Virus record (IMG/VR): IMGVR_UViG_3300025141_000158
Location: 1-48,917 of that record
Length of the DNA: 48,917 nucleotides
DNA from: a virus
Taxonomy: Duplodnaviria > Caudoviricetes
Direction: 5' to 3' (one strand)
Below are positions 1 through 8,021 of this stretch, piece by piece. Below the pieces are notes generated by a model that saw only the letters and a program-made list of their open reading frames with translations, did no database searches and had not been told where the DNA came from. Every line of letters begins with the position of its first letter. Positions within the stretch are counted from its first letter, which is position 1. The translations under genes and the position numbers were made by a program.

Positions 1-133
1 ACGACTATATATAGCAAAAGAATCGAAGCTTTATTAACAACGCACAAACTAAAGCAATATCAATTAGCCATGATTATCGGAGTAACAGGTACCACACTAT
101 CACATTGGAGACGTAAAAAGTTTGCTCCACAAC
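1..133 (+). repeat. Terminal direct repeat, left copy
   Basis: Identical to 48785-48917 except position 7 (A here, T at 48791). Confidence 0.97.
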
Positions 134-321
134 CAGCCTTTCGTGATATAATAGATGAGCTATACAACAATGGATTTAACCCTATTAATTATGAAGGAGT
201 TTTCAATCAGAAAAGGAAAAGAACTATTAGAATAAAAACTACTAAAGTAGACATCATTTACTACGCATCTCTTGTTTCTCTTTTAGTCGTTTCCCTTTTA
301 ACCATCTACCTTTGGAGGTAA
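70..321 (+). CDS. C-terminal part of an XRE-like HTH protein with a C-terminal hydrophobic helix (true start at 48722 across the junction, about 127 aa)
   Basis: In frame with the ATG at 48722; LKQYQLAMIIGVTGTTLSHW is HTH-like; hydrophobic end IIYYASLVSLLVVSLLTIYLW. Confidence 0.7.
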   Translation: MIIGVTGTTLSHWRRKKFAPQPAFRDIIDELYNNGFNPINYEGVFNQKRKRTIRIKTTKVDIIYYASLVSLLVVSLLTIYLWR

Positions 322-324
322 GCC

Positions 325-522
325 ATGGCATCTTGTAAGATGACTCGTTCACATTTTCAGTTTCACGCAGAATTGTTGGCTCGTGTTTACGAGAGAACTA
401 ACATGACAATGGAGGTATTAGAAAAAACAATAGAGTTATTCTGTATAGATTACCACAGGACAAATCATAACTTCGATGAGGATAGATTTAAAGTTGCTGT
501 CATGAAATTGTTATGCTATTGA
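325..522 (+). CDS. Hypothetical early protein
   Basis: GGAGG SD upstream; tightly packed; MTRSHF...NHNFDEDRF pattern typical of small phage proteins. Confidence 0.7.
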   Translation: MASCKMTRSHFQFHAELLARVYERTNMTMEVLEKTIELFCIDYHRTNHNFDEDRFKVAVMKLLCY

Positions 523-809
523 TGTCGGAAATTCCCAGTAAAGAAGAAAGTATAAGATGGATGCGTGAATCAGGCTTAACGTATGCAGAGATAGCTGGCA
601 TATATAATACTAGTATAGCATACGTAAGTAAACTATGTATAAAAGCTAAGATTACAAAGGGCAAAAGAGCTGTAAAAATTCGTAGTCACAAGAGGCGAGA
701 CATTGAAAAGTGCTTGAGGGAAGGAGGCAAAACTCAGGCACAAATAGCAAAAGAGCTAGGAGTAACAAGACAGTACGTTCATATAATACAAGGGGAGTTA
801 AAAGAATGA
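513..809 (+). CDS. Double helix-turn-helix DNA-binding protein
   Basis: GLTYAEIAGIYNTSIAYV and GKTQAQIAKELGVTRQYV; start may be 522. Confidence 0.8.
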   Translation: MLLMSEIPSKEESIRWMRESGLTYAEIAGIYNTSIAYVSKLCIKAKITKGKRAVKIRSHKRRDIEKCLREGGKTQAQIAKELGVTRQYVHIIQGELKE

Positions 810-1150
810 TTTACAGGAAAGCTGCGTCCACATTTCCGAATGGCCAAAAGGATTATAAATGGTTCTATTGGTTCGAGAATATTGAATGCGGGCCATATAA
901 AACTTTAGAAGAAGCTGCAGATAAATTTCTTAGTGCTTTATCATCTTGCATTAGCTACAACGAAACAGATATACTACGTAAATTAATACAAAGTACTGCT
1001 AGCATATATCAACATGAAGTAGAGACACGAGAGCTAACAAAGAAAGCAATGGAAGAAAAGGAGGCAGAGCTACAAATGGAAGTAGTAGAGCACGATGAAT
1101 TACTAAGGCGAGTTGAAGACCTAAAGGATAAGTACGGAGAAGCCTTATGA
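806..1150 (+). CDS. Hypothetical protein with a coiled-coil C-terminus
   Basis: ATGA overlap with the upstream stop and a GGGGAG SD favour start 806 over 710. Confidence 0.7.
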   Translation: MIYRKAASTFPNGQKDYKWFYWFENIECGPYKTLEEAADKFLSALSSCISYNETDILRKLIQSTASIYQHEVETRELTKKAMEEKEAELQMEVVEHDELLRRVEDLKDKYGEAL

Positions 1151-1482
1151 CAAATGAAAGCCCCAAGATTGGAGAACCTCCTAAGAATGTCAGCTCAGAA
1201 GGGATTAAAGTACTTACAAATCTTTTAGACCTTGCTCAATCCAATAAGATGATAAGTGCGGGCGATGTCAATAGTGTGCTTAGGATTATAAAGGCTAATC
1301 CCTCAAGAAGATTAAGTAATATAGCAAGAAGGCTTAGTACCGTTAAGAACATGGTAGCTGAAGTACAATCTTTCGACCGAAGATTAATTATAGTTACCGA
1401 GAAATGTGATGAAGAGTTAAATGAAATAAAAGAAATAGCAGAACAATTACCCAACTTTAATAAGGAAGGAGTCGGAGAGTAA
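1147..1482 (+). CDS. Hypothetical protein
   Basis: ATGA overlap with the upstream gene; GGAG SD. Confidence 0.7.
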   Translation: MTNESPKIGEPPKNVSSEGIKVLTNLLDLAQSNKMISAGDVNSVLRIIKANPSRRLSNIARRLSTVKNMVAEVQSFDRRLIIVTEKCDEELNEIKEIAEQLPNFNKEGVGE

Positions 1483-1608
1483 TTGATTGATTTAATGGTT
1501 AGTTTAACTTATAGTATTTTTGCTTTGTTTGGGTTATTGTTTTTCTTTTATGTAGTAGGAAGTGTGGCTTACCTTATATGGTTAGTCATTATAAATTATT
1601 TTCATTAG
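1483..1608 (+). CDS. Small membrane peptide (41 aa), not in the ORF track
   Basis: TTG start directly after the upstream stop with a GGAG SD; MIDLMVSLTYSIFALFGLLFFFYVVGSVAYLIWLVIINYFH. Confidence 0.55.
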   Translation: MIDLMVSLTYSIFALFGLLFFFYVVGSVAYLIWLVIINYFH

Positions 1609-1623
1609 TGATGAAAATAGTGC

Positions 1624-1651
1624 TTGACAACTTTATACAATGTATTATATT
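1624..1651 (+). promoter_or_regulatory. Sigma70-type promoter TTGACA-N16-TATATT
   Basis: TTGACA 1624-1629, TATATT 1646-1651; same architecture at 4028, 45502 and 48269. Confidence 0.8.
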
Positions 1652-1724
1652 TGTGTATAAGATTTAGGGATTTACTCTAAACTTAATAAGATGTTTCCCT
1701 TAACCTTTTTAAAAGGAGAATAAG

Positions 1725-2084
1725 ATGGCTACTGTGACCATCAACGTGAAGTCCCCAAAGACGGATCGTGAAGTATCATTCGAGCGTGACTTCGGTTCCT
1801 CGATTGAAGAAGCTGTAGAGATGTTTGGTGCTGATGTTGTGTTGTCAACCTTTGTATCGCAAGCTACCATCCGCGCTCAGGGAGCAGCTCGTACTGTCCT
1901 TAACTCTGATGATAAGGGTGTGGACGATGCAATAAAGGCTGGTGAAACCTATACCCCAGGTGTAGTCCGTAAGAGCGGAGGCTCTAAGAAAGATCCGTAC
2001 AACCAACTTGCGGAAATGATTAACTCTGGTAGCGTATCACAAGAAGATATTCTTGCAGAGCTCCAGAAAAGACTAGCACAATAG
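1725..2084 (+). CDS. Hypothetical protein, probably highly expressed (own promoter and terminator)
   Basis: AAGGAG SD and AATAAGATG start; promoter upstream, terminator downstream. Confidence 0.85.
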   Translation: MATVTINVKSPKTDREVSFERDFGSSIEEAVEMFGADVVLSTFVSQATIRAQGAARTVLNSDDKGVDDAIKAGETYTPGVVRKSGGSKKDPYNQLAEMINSGSVSQEDILAELQKRLAQ

Positions 2085-2095
2085 TCAATAAGTAA

Positions 2096-2137
2096 AAGGT
2101 GGGGGAGTCCCTTACGGCTCCCCTGCCTTATTTTTTT
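2096..2137 (+). terminator. Rho-independent terminator
   Basis: AAGGTGGGGGAG...CTCCCCTGCCTT stem followed by T7. Confidence 0.85.
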
Positions 2138-2159
2138 ACCCTTTAATAGATTCTAAAAG

Positions 2160-2480
2160 ATGACTAATACAACTGTTTATATAGTAAATAATAGCGGACA
2201 CGACTTTAGCTCTGCAGAACCTTTCGGAAAGTTAGTGTTCTTAACTGAAGGGCTTGTAGATAGATTTAACGTGACTGGTATGTACAGAAAGTTTCAATGT
2301 AAGATAGATGAGTCAACCCCTGAAGACTTTATTTTACATAGCGGGCCAGGTATTATGAGTGCTGTGGCTTGCTCTATGTTCTCAGCGAAGCATGGACGAC
2401 TAAACCTTTTACTATGGAGAGGAGAAGAAAACGGTAAGCAAAGATATGTTCAACGTAGGCTATCATTTAAAAAGGACTAA
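2160..2480 (+). CDS. Hypothetical phage protein (alpha/beta pattern)
   Basis: 106-aa ORF in the operon; globular composition. Confidence 0.75.
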   Translation: MTNTTVYIVNNSGHDFSSAEPFGKLVFLTEGLVDRFNVTGMYRKFQCKIDESTPEDFILHSGPGIMSAVACSMFSAKHGRLNLLLWRGEENGKQRYVQRRLSFKKD

Positions 2481-2485
2481 ATAAG

Positions 2486-3442
2486 ATGCAAGAGCATGAA
2501 ACTTGGCAAGTACTGGATGCCACTAAAATCCAGACCTATATGCGTTGCCCTCGTAAGTTCTTCTACAATTACGTTCTGGGCTGGAAATCAGAGATACCAA
2601 GTAACCATTTAGTATTCGGAAGTGCTTGGCACATGGCAATGGAAGTCTTACTCGATAAGGGTTACACAGCGGAGTCATGTGCTGAAGGGTTTAACCTTGC
2701 GGAGAAATATATCCGTGAGTTTTTTCCTCATGAATGGGATACTGGCAATGCACCAAAGACTCCCGCTAACATTCTACGTGCCTTACCAATGTATTGTAAT
2801 ACCTACAAAGAAGATGACTTTGAGGTAGAACATATAGAGGTAGCAGGTAGCGTGGCTATCGGAGAGAATAAACTACTTCACTTTAAAACAGATGCTATAT
2901 GTCGTGACCATCGTGGAGTCTTCAGCCTTGAACATAAGACGGGAAGTCGACTAAGCAGTTCTTGGGCAGCTCAATGGCGACAAAAGATGCAGATCGGTGT
3001 GTATAGCCACGTTCTCTATTGTATGTACCCTGAGAGCGAGGTCTACGGAGTTATAATCAACGGTACTTTCTTTGCCAATGAACCTAAGAGAAAGAAGGAT
3101 GGTGAGTTATACGCGGGAGCTCGTGACACAGAGTTCAAGCGTGTGCCTTGTCGTAGGACACTCTCCGCAATGGAGGCTTGGCTAGTTGAAACAGAAGAAA
3201 TCTATGACCGTGTGCAGAATGACTATAACCGATTAACAGAGGCAACTGAAGATGAATCTATTCTCAAAGCTTTCCCGCGTAACACGGAGTCTTGTTCGGA
3301 TTACGGCCAGTGTCCCTTTCTGGACTATTGTAGCGTGTGGAATAATCCTCTACAACATTGCGAGGAGCCCCCTGTTGGAATGGAAGTAGACCATTGGGAT
3401 CCACGTAAGGCTGACACTGTGCAGGAGATAGTTGAATTATGA
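2486..3442 (+). CDS. Cas4/RecB-like PD-(D/E)XK exonuclease with Fe-S cysteines
   Basis: CPRKFFY...FGSAWH; KTDAI...EHKTG; Q...Y; C-terminal CSDYGQCPFLDYC. Confidence 0.88.
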   Translation: MQEHETWQVLDATKIQTYMRCPRKFFYNYVLGWKSEIPSNHLVFGSAWHMAMEVLLDKGYTAESCAEGFNLAEKYIREFFPHEWDTGNAPKTPANILRALPMYCNTYKEDDFEVEHIEVAGSVAIGENKLLHFKTDAICRDHRGVFSLEHKTGSRLSSSWAAQWRQKMQIGVYSHVLYCMYPESEVYGVIINGTFFANEPKRKKDGELYAGARDTEFKRVPCRRTLSAMEAWLVETEEIYDRVQNDYNRLTEATEDESILKAFPRNTESCSDYGQCPFLDYCSVWNNPLQHCEEPPVGMEVDHWDPRKADTVQEIVEL

Positions 3443-3708
3443 AAAAGAAGAAGAAGAAGTCAAAGAAACGTGATTACTATGACGGCACAATGACCAAGAA
3501 AACGTGGACACAAAGGCGTAATCGTGCTAAGGGACAGTTTGCTTTCATGCTCGGCACTGGGCTTAGTATACAAGGTGACCTACACCAAGCACTGTCAAAC
3601 AGTGAACAAACACAACTACTAGCAGTAAGAAAGGTACTAGCTAGGATACTTGATGACTGGACAGACGAGACAATAGAAGCTAAACAAGAATACGGAGAAA
3701 TACGATGA
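3439..3708 (+). CDS. Hypothetical basic protein
   Basis: ATGA overlaps at both ends; Lys-rich N-terminus. Confidence 0.65.
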   Translation: MKKKKKKSKKRDYYDGTMTKKTWTQRRNRAKGQFAFMLGTGLSIQGDLHQALSNSEQTQLLAVRKVLARILDDWTDETIEAKQEYGEIR

Positions 3709-4031
3709 ACTTTAAAAATAAGATGCACGAAGAAACTTGGGAAAAAACAGAGATGTCAATCGAAGATAGAGTGAGTCACATCATAGATACGGATCGTAGT
3801 TCTTTTTCTGTCCTCACTGACTATGAAACACTAGATAAGTTTGATATTCGTATGCTCACTACTGATCTCTTATGCTCATATAGAGTTTTTATGAAGTGTG
3901 TAGCTGATGTTCTGGATAGGAATGCTTCAGCTCAATCAAAGAAAGATTCTCTTACTCTTTTCTTACAATCAAGTCTTGATGACATGGGAGGGTTAATAAA
4001 AAAATACGAAACTAAGGAAGAAACTGCTTGA
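3705..4031 (+). CDS. Hypothetical protein
   Basis: ATGA overlap; GGAG SD. Confidence 0.7.
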   Translation: MNFKNKMHEETWEKTEMSIEDRVSHIIDTDRSSFSVLTDYETLDKFDIRMLTTDLLCSYRVFMKCVADVLDRNASAQSKKDSLTLFLQSSLDDMGGLIKKYETKEETA

Positions 4032-4055
4032 CAACTTCTTAATAAACATTATATT
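4028..4055 (+). promoter_or_regulatory. Promoter TTGACA-N16-TATATT
   Basis: TTGACA 4028-4033, TATATT 4050-4055. Confidence 0.8.
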
Positions 4056-4114
4056 ATATGTATGTTTAATCCCATTCTAACTTACTTACCATTTGAAGAA
4101 AGGAAGTTAATAAG

Positions 4115-4936
4115 ATGACAGAGTCTAGTAGTAATAAGTTCCTCCGTATAAAGGAGCGGGCAGAACAAACCCGAGCTAGATATGCGGAGAGTAGTAGTAA
4201 GTATTCAAACTTCTTAGTCTATGGAGACTTCGGTACTGGCAAGACACAGCTTGCAAGCACATGCCCCACGCCAGTATTTATAGACTCATTTGATCCAGGT
4301 GGTACCAAGACGTTAGCCTTACAAGAAGGCATTGATCAAGGTGACATCATTGTAGAGAATAAGTGGGAGGCTGATTCATGGAAAGACCCGTTCGCATTTA
4401 ATGAGTGGGAAAAGGAAATGGAACAGCGTAAGAAGGAAGGCTTGTTCGATCACATCGGGACTTATGTTCTTGACAGTGCAACGAAATGGGCTGACTCTAT
4501 GATGTGGGAGATACTCCGTAGAGGTACTCGGGGCAAGACTCGCAAAGGTGGTAACCCAGAACTACAGGACTATCTTGTTCAGCAGATGACCGCCGTAGAT
4601 TGGCTCGGTGTTCTCATGGGCTACCCTTGTCACACACTGGTGACGGGACACATAGGACTTATCAAGGATGAGGTATCAGGCAAGATAGAAACAGGACTCT
4701 TACTTGCCGGGAAGTTGAGCGAGAAGGTACCTCTGGTCTTTGATGAGAAGTATGTATCTCTTGTTAAGAACTCGTCTGGTGGTGTCAAGCATACTCTGCT
4801 AACTAAGAATGATGGGTACTATAAAGCAGAGACTCGTATGGGCGGCTCACGATTCGAGCAGAATGAGGAACCAAATATCAAGGCTCTACTTCGTAAGGCC
4901 AGTCGTGATAATGATAACAAGGAAGGCTTATTCTAA
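4115..4936 (+). CDS. AAA_24/Sak4-like P-loop ATPase (recombination)
   Basis: Walker A GDFGTGKT; Walker B YVLDSAT; TGH motif; lies between the exonuclease and the SSB-like gene. Confidence 0.85.
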   Translation: MTESSSNKFLRIKERAEQTRARYAESSSKYSNFLVYGDFGTGKTQLASTCPTPVFIDSFDPGGTKTLALQEGIDQGDIIVENKWEADSWKDPFAFNEWEKEMEQRKKEGLFDHIGTYVLDSATKWADSMMWEILRRGTRGKTRKGGNPELQDYLVQQMTAVDWLGVLMGYPCHTLVTGHIGLIKDEVSGKIETGLLLAGKLSEKVPLVFDEKYVSLVKNSSGGVKHTLLTKNDGYYKAETRMGGSRFEQNEEPNIKALLRKASRDNDNKEGLF

Positions 4937-5382
4937 TGAATGATCACTTAGAGAATAGAGAAGATGAGTACTATGATGAGCGTAGTATAGAAGAACTAGA
5001 TAACTTAGTTGATTATAAAGGTGGTGTGTATGGTGCTTTACGTAGGTATGGACAAGATATGTGGAATAGCCATAGAACAGTTATAGTTGTAGAGAGTATT
5101 CATTCTGGTCTTAACCACATACACCGTTTAGAAGTACCTTTATCTGTATTTAAAGAGCGCTTATCCTTAACGGAAAAGCCTGAGGAAAGACCATTCATAC
5201 AAGACCTGTTTCCTGAGCTAGACGCGACACAACGAGAGGCTCTTTTAACAGGTTGTAGTGATAGAGAGTGGCGTGAACTGTGGAATGATGATGATACAAC
5301 TACTAGTGCTCATACTTGGATGCGAGGTAATCAGTACCCTAGTACTGACCCACTATGTAAACCTCCAAAAGAAAAATTGTAG
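4936..5382 (+). CDS. Hypothetical protein
   Basis: TAATG overlap; IQDLFPELDATQREALLTG...EW motif seen in small phage proteins. Confidence 0.75.
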   Translation: MNDHLENREDEYYDERSIEELDNLVDYKGGVYGALRRYGQDMWNSHRTVIVVESIHSGLNHIHRLEVPLSVFKERLSLTEKPEERPFIQDLFPELDATQREALLTGCSDREWRELWNDDDTTTSAHTWMRGNQYPSTDPLCKPPKEKL

Positions 5383-5499
5383 GGGTGGCTTTCGGACGTT
5401 AGAGAGAATACACTCTCATGGGGAGACTAAGAGGTCACCTCTACATCAACCATTTATCTGGGCTTAGGAACCCCACTCAAGAATCTTTTATTATCGTAA

Positions 5500-5522
5500 C
5501 TGTGTTACCGATTGGTACACAG
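5500..5522. promoter_or_regulatory. 23-bp palindromic parS-like site, copy 1
   Basis: CTGTGTTACCGATTGGTACACAG; intergenic. Confidence 0.75.
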
Positions 5523-5563
5523 TAGTCTTTATCTTTTATTAATAACTTAAAGGAGAAACCCAA

Positions 5564-5971
5564 ATGGGAATCTTAGATGTTAACTTGAATGATGCAGAAG
5601 AACTGAAGACGTTGAAAGATGGCGAGGAAGTAATGCTACGGATTGGTCGTGCGGAGGAAACTCCAAACCGTAATGATCCAAGTCGTTTCAACCTTGCACT
5701 TACGTTTGATGTTCCCGATGATAAGTTGGTAGACGATATACGTGTATGGCTTCCTATTCCTAGTGCAGTCACTAAGGAAGATGATCCTAAGCGTTACGTC
5801 AAGCAGGTCAACCGTTTCAAGATGTTCTGTGACTGCTTCGGTATTGATACTGGTGGTAATATTCAAACTGAAGATATGCTCGGACTTGAAGGTTGGGTTA
5901 TCATCGCTGAGGATACGGGATTAAACGGTGAGCCACAAAATAGTGTCCGCCGTTTTATCAAAAAGAAGTAG
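5564..5971 (+). CDS. Putative ssDNA-binding protein (DUF669-like OB fold)
   Basis: AAGGAG SD; beta-rich pattern ending in NSVRRF; follows the AAA_24 gene. Confidence 0.6.
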   Translation: MGILDVNLNDAEELKTLKDGEEVMLRIGRAEETPNRNDPSRFNLALTFDVPDDKLVDDIRVWLPIPSAVTKEDDPKRYVKQVNRFKMFCDCFGIDTGGNIQTEDMLGLEGWVIIAEDTGLNGEPQNSVRRFIKKK

Positions 5972-5995
5972 TTCTCTAGTAACATTCTGAAGATT

Positions 5996-6042
5996 GAGAG
6001 GCGTTCTTACGTTGTAAAGTAAGTTCGCCTCTCTTTCTTTTT
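5996..6042 (+). terminator. Terminator or long hairpin
   Basis: GAGAGGCG..CTTAC / GTAAG..CGCCTCTC followed by a T-rich tail. Confidence 0.75.
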
Positions 6043-6057
6043 ACTTAACGAGGAGAT

Positions 6058-6309
6058 ATGCGATTAACTTTTGATATACCTGATGAGCAACATGCAGTAC
6101 TTGTACGCTGTATTCCACACGGGTGGCGGAAGCATACATACAGAGCTTTAATACAAGGATTTGTTGAGCAATTAGAAAAAGATCCAACGGCTGTTATGAA
6201 GGACTTAATAACTAAGCACCTTGACATTACAGCTATGACAATGAAAGGCATGGAAAATGGATCTGATCAGCGAACAAACCAACCTACAAACTCTGACAGA
6301 GAAGGATAG
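6058..6309 (+). CDS. Small putative DNA-binding protein (ribbon-helix-helix-like)
   Basis: GAGGAG SD; MRLTFDIPDEQHAVL strand-helix start. Confidence 0.6.
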   Translation: MRLTFDIPDEQHAVLVRCIPHGWRKHTYRALIQGFVEQLEKDPTAVMKDLITKHLDITAMTMKGMENGSDQRTNQPTNSDREG

Positions 6310-6466
6310 ACTTGACTTAATTCTAGATGTACGCAAGCGTAGACGAGAACGCAGCCAGTCTAAATTTAACAAAAAGTCAAAACCAAAACGTACGCAAAAG
6401 ATGTTGGCTGGTCTTAATGATGAGCAGTTACATTTGTTGCTTAATACTTTAAGGACTGAAAAATGA
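6257..6466 (+). CDS. Hypothetical basic protein
   Basis: ATGA overlap with the downstream gene. Confidence 0.65.
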   Translation: MDLISEQTNLQTLTEKDRLDLILDVRKRRRERSQSKFNKKSKPKRTQKMLAGLNDEQLHLLLNTLRTEK

Positions 6467-7824
6467 GTGAAGCAGTAGTTGAATTAAATAACCTACCTGT
6501 AAATGCTATTGAGTTTTCAGATAGAGCAAGGGAGAACTATAAAGATTTAGATGTACTAGCTAAAGATATAGCAGAGAAAGGTGTTATACAACCTATAGCT
6601 GTTATGCGTAATCCTGAAAGTGCTGAACATCACTATAAGTTATTAGCTGGGGGAAGGCGATTTTCTGCTGTTGTTTTATCCGAATCTACTCACATTCCTT
6701 GTAGAATTTACCCAGAGACTTTATCAGAACTAGACCAAAAAGAAATAGAGTTGATGGAAAATATTAGTCGAGATGATTTCGACTGGAAAGAAGAAGTAGC
6801 TCTACGAGATCAAATCCAAAAACTACAAGAGGAACGTCACGGTAAGCAAGCGGGGTCTGGTGGTGGTCACTCTATGCGTGACACTGCCAAGATGTTGGGA
6901 ACAAGTCCTGCTAGCATTAGTCGTGACCTTACTCTAGCGCGGGGCTTGGAGGCACATGAAGATGAACTATCCAAAGCAAAAAGTAAAAGCGAAGCCTTAC
7001 GGACGCTTAAGAAAATTGAAAGAAAGCAAGAAGAAAAGGTTGTTGCGGAGAATCTGGAAAAGTCTTTGCAGAATGATGGGAATGAGAGGCTTAAACGAAC
7101 TCTAACCAATGGTTACCTAGTCAAGGATTTCTTTGAAGGTGTTAGCGTGGTTCCTGATAGAGCTGCTTCTTTTATCGAAGTAGACCCTCCTTATGCTATA
7201 GCACTTGATAAGATAAAGAGAGGAGCTGAAAGAGAAACAAGCCCAGGTATAGAAAATTACAATGAAGTATCAAGTGAGGATTACCAAGACTTTTTAGATA
7301 ATCTATTTATAGAGTGTTATCGTGTCTTAGCTCTTAATGGTTGGATTGTCTGTTGGTATGGCATACAGTGGTATCATGTTGTATTAGCTAGCATGGAGAA
7401 CGCGGGATTCCAAGTTATTGATCTTCCAGCTATCTGGACAAAAACTGACCATCAAGGGCAAACTAGAGTTCCTGACGTTCGTTTAGGTAATGTATATGAG
7501 CCTTTCTTTTATGCTCGTAAAGATAGTTCAGCAGTAATTAGACAACCTGGTCGAACCAATCAGTTTAACTTTAAATCATTACATCCTGAGCATAAGGTTC
7601 ACCCTACAGAACGGCCGATTGAAATGATAGAAGAAGTCATAAGAACCTTCTGTGTACCTGGTGGTCATATAATGGTTCCATTCTTAGGCAGTGGCAACAC
7701 GTTGCTAGCTGCATCTAACTTAGGCTCTACTTGTTTTGGTTACGATCTTAGTGAAGAATATAAGAATGCTTACTTAAAACGGGTAATGGATGGTGAGCCT
7801 GGAAAGTATAAGAGTTACCGATGA
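6463..7824 (+). CDS. ParB-like (CTPase fold) + HTH + beta-class N6-adenine/N4-cytosine DNA methyltransferase fusion
   Basis: GVIQPIAV, LLAGGRRFSA, ELMENISRDDF (ParB N-domain); SMRDTAKMLGTSPASISRDL (HTH); DPPY, HPTERP, VPFLGSGNT (MTase). Confidence 0.9.
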   Translation: MSEAVVELNNLPVNAIEFSDRARENYKDLDVLAKDIAEKGVIQPIAVMRNPESAEHHYKLLAGGRRFSAVVLSESTHIPCRIYPETLSELDQKEIELMENISRDDFDWKEEVALRDQIQKLQEERHGKQAGSGGGHSMRDTAKMLGTSPASISRDLTLARGLEAHEDELSKAKSKSEALRTLKKIERKQEEKVVAENLEKSLQNDGNERLKRTLTNGYLVKDFFEGVSVVPDRAASFIEVDPPYAIALDKIKRGAERETSPGIENYNEVSSEDYQDFLDNLFIECYRVLALNGWIVCWYGIQWYHVVLASMENAGFQVIDLPAIWTKTDHQGQTRVPDVRLGNVYEPFFYARKDSSAVIRQPGRTNQFNFKSLHPEHKVHPTERPIEMIEEVIRTFCVPGGHIMVPFLGSGNTLLAASNLGSTCFGYDLSEEYKNAYLKRVMDGEPGKYKSYR

Positions 7825-8021
7825 AATGTAATGAGTGCGGTACTAAATTAAGGGGCGCTGTTAATGCAGATGTATATGCTTGCTTTAGTTGCAAGGTTGC
7901 ATACAGTGGGATAGACGCACGTAATAAAAGTCGGATAAAAAACAAATCAGATAGGATAAATGAAGCTAAGCAGTACTATAAAAAGGTTGGAGAAAAAATA
8001 AAGAGAGGGGAAAATATATGA
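7821..8021 (+). CDS. Small zinc-ribbon protein
   Basis: CNEC...CFSC; ATGA overlaps. Confidence 0.7.
   Translation: MKCNECGTKLRGAVNADVYACFSCKVAYSGIDARNKSRIKNKSDRINEAKQYYKKVGEKIKRGENI

Noticed and set aside
2486-3442. Cas4-like gene as part of a CRISPR system
   Set aside because: No cas1/cas2 or repeat-spacer array seen; the context is a phage recombination module
4115-4936. ParA partner for the ParB domain
   Set aside because: Walker A is GDFGTGKT, not the deviant KGGxGKT of ParA; the context fits an AAA_24 recombination ATPase
5382-5474. tRNA gene
   Set aside because: No T-loop GTTC, D-loop or seven-base anticodon-loop geometry
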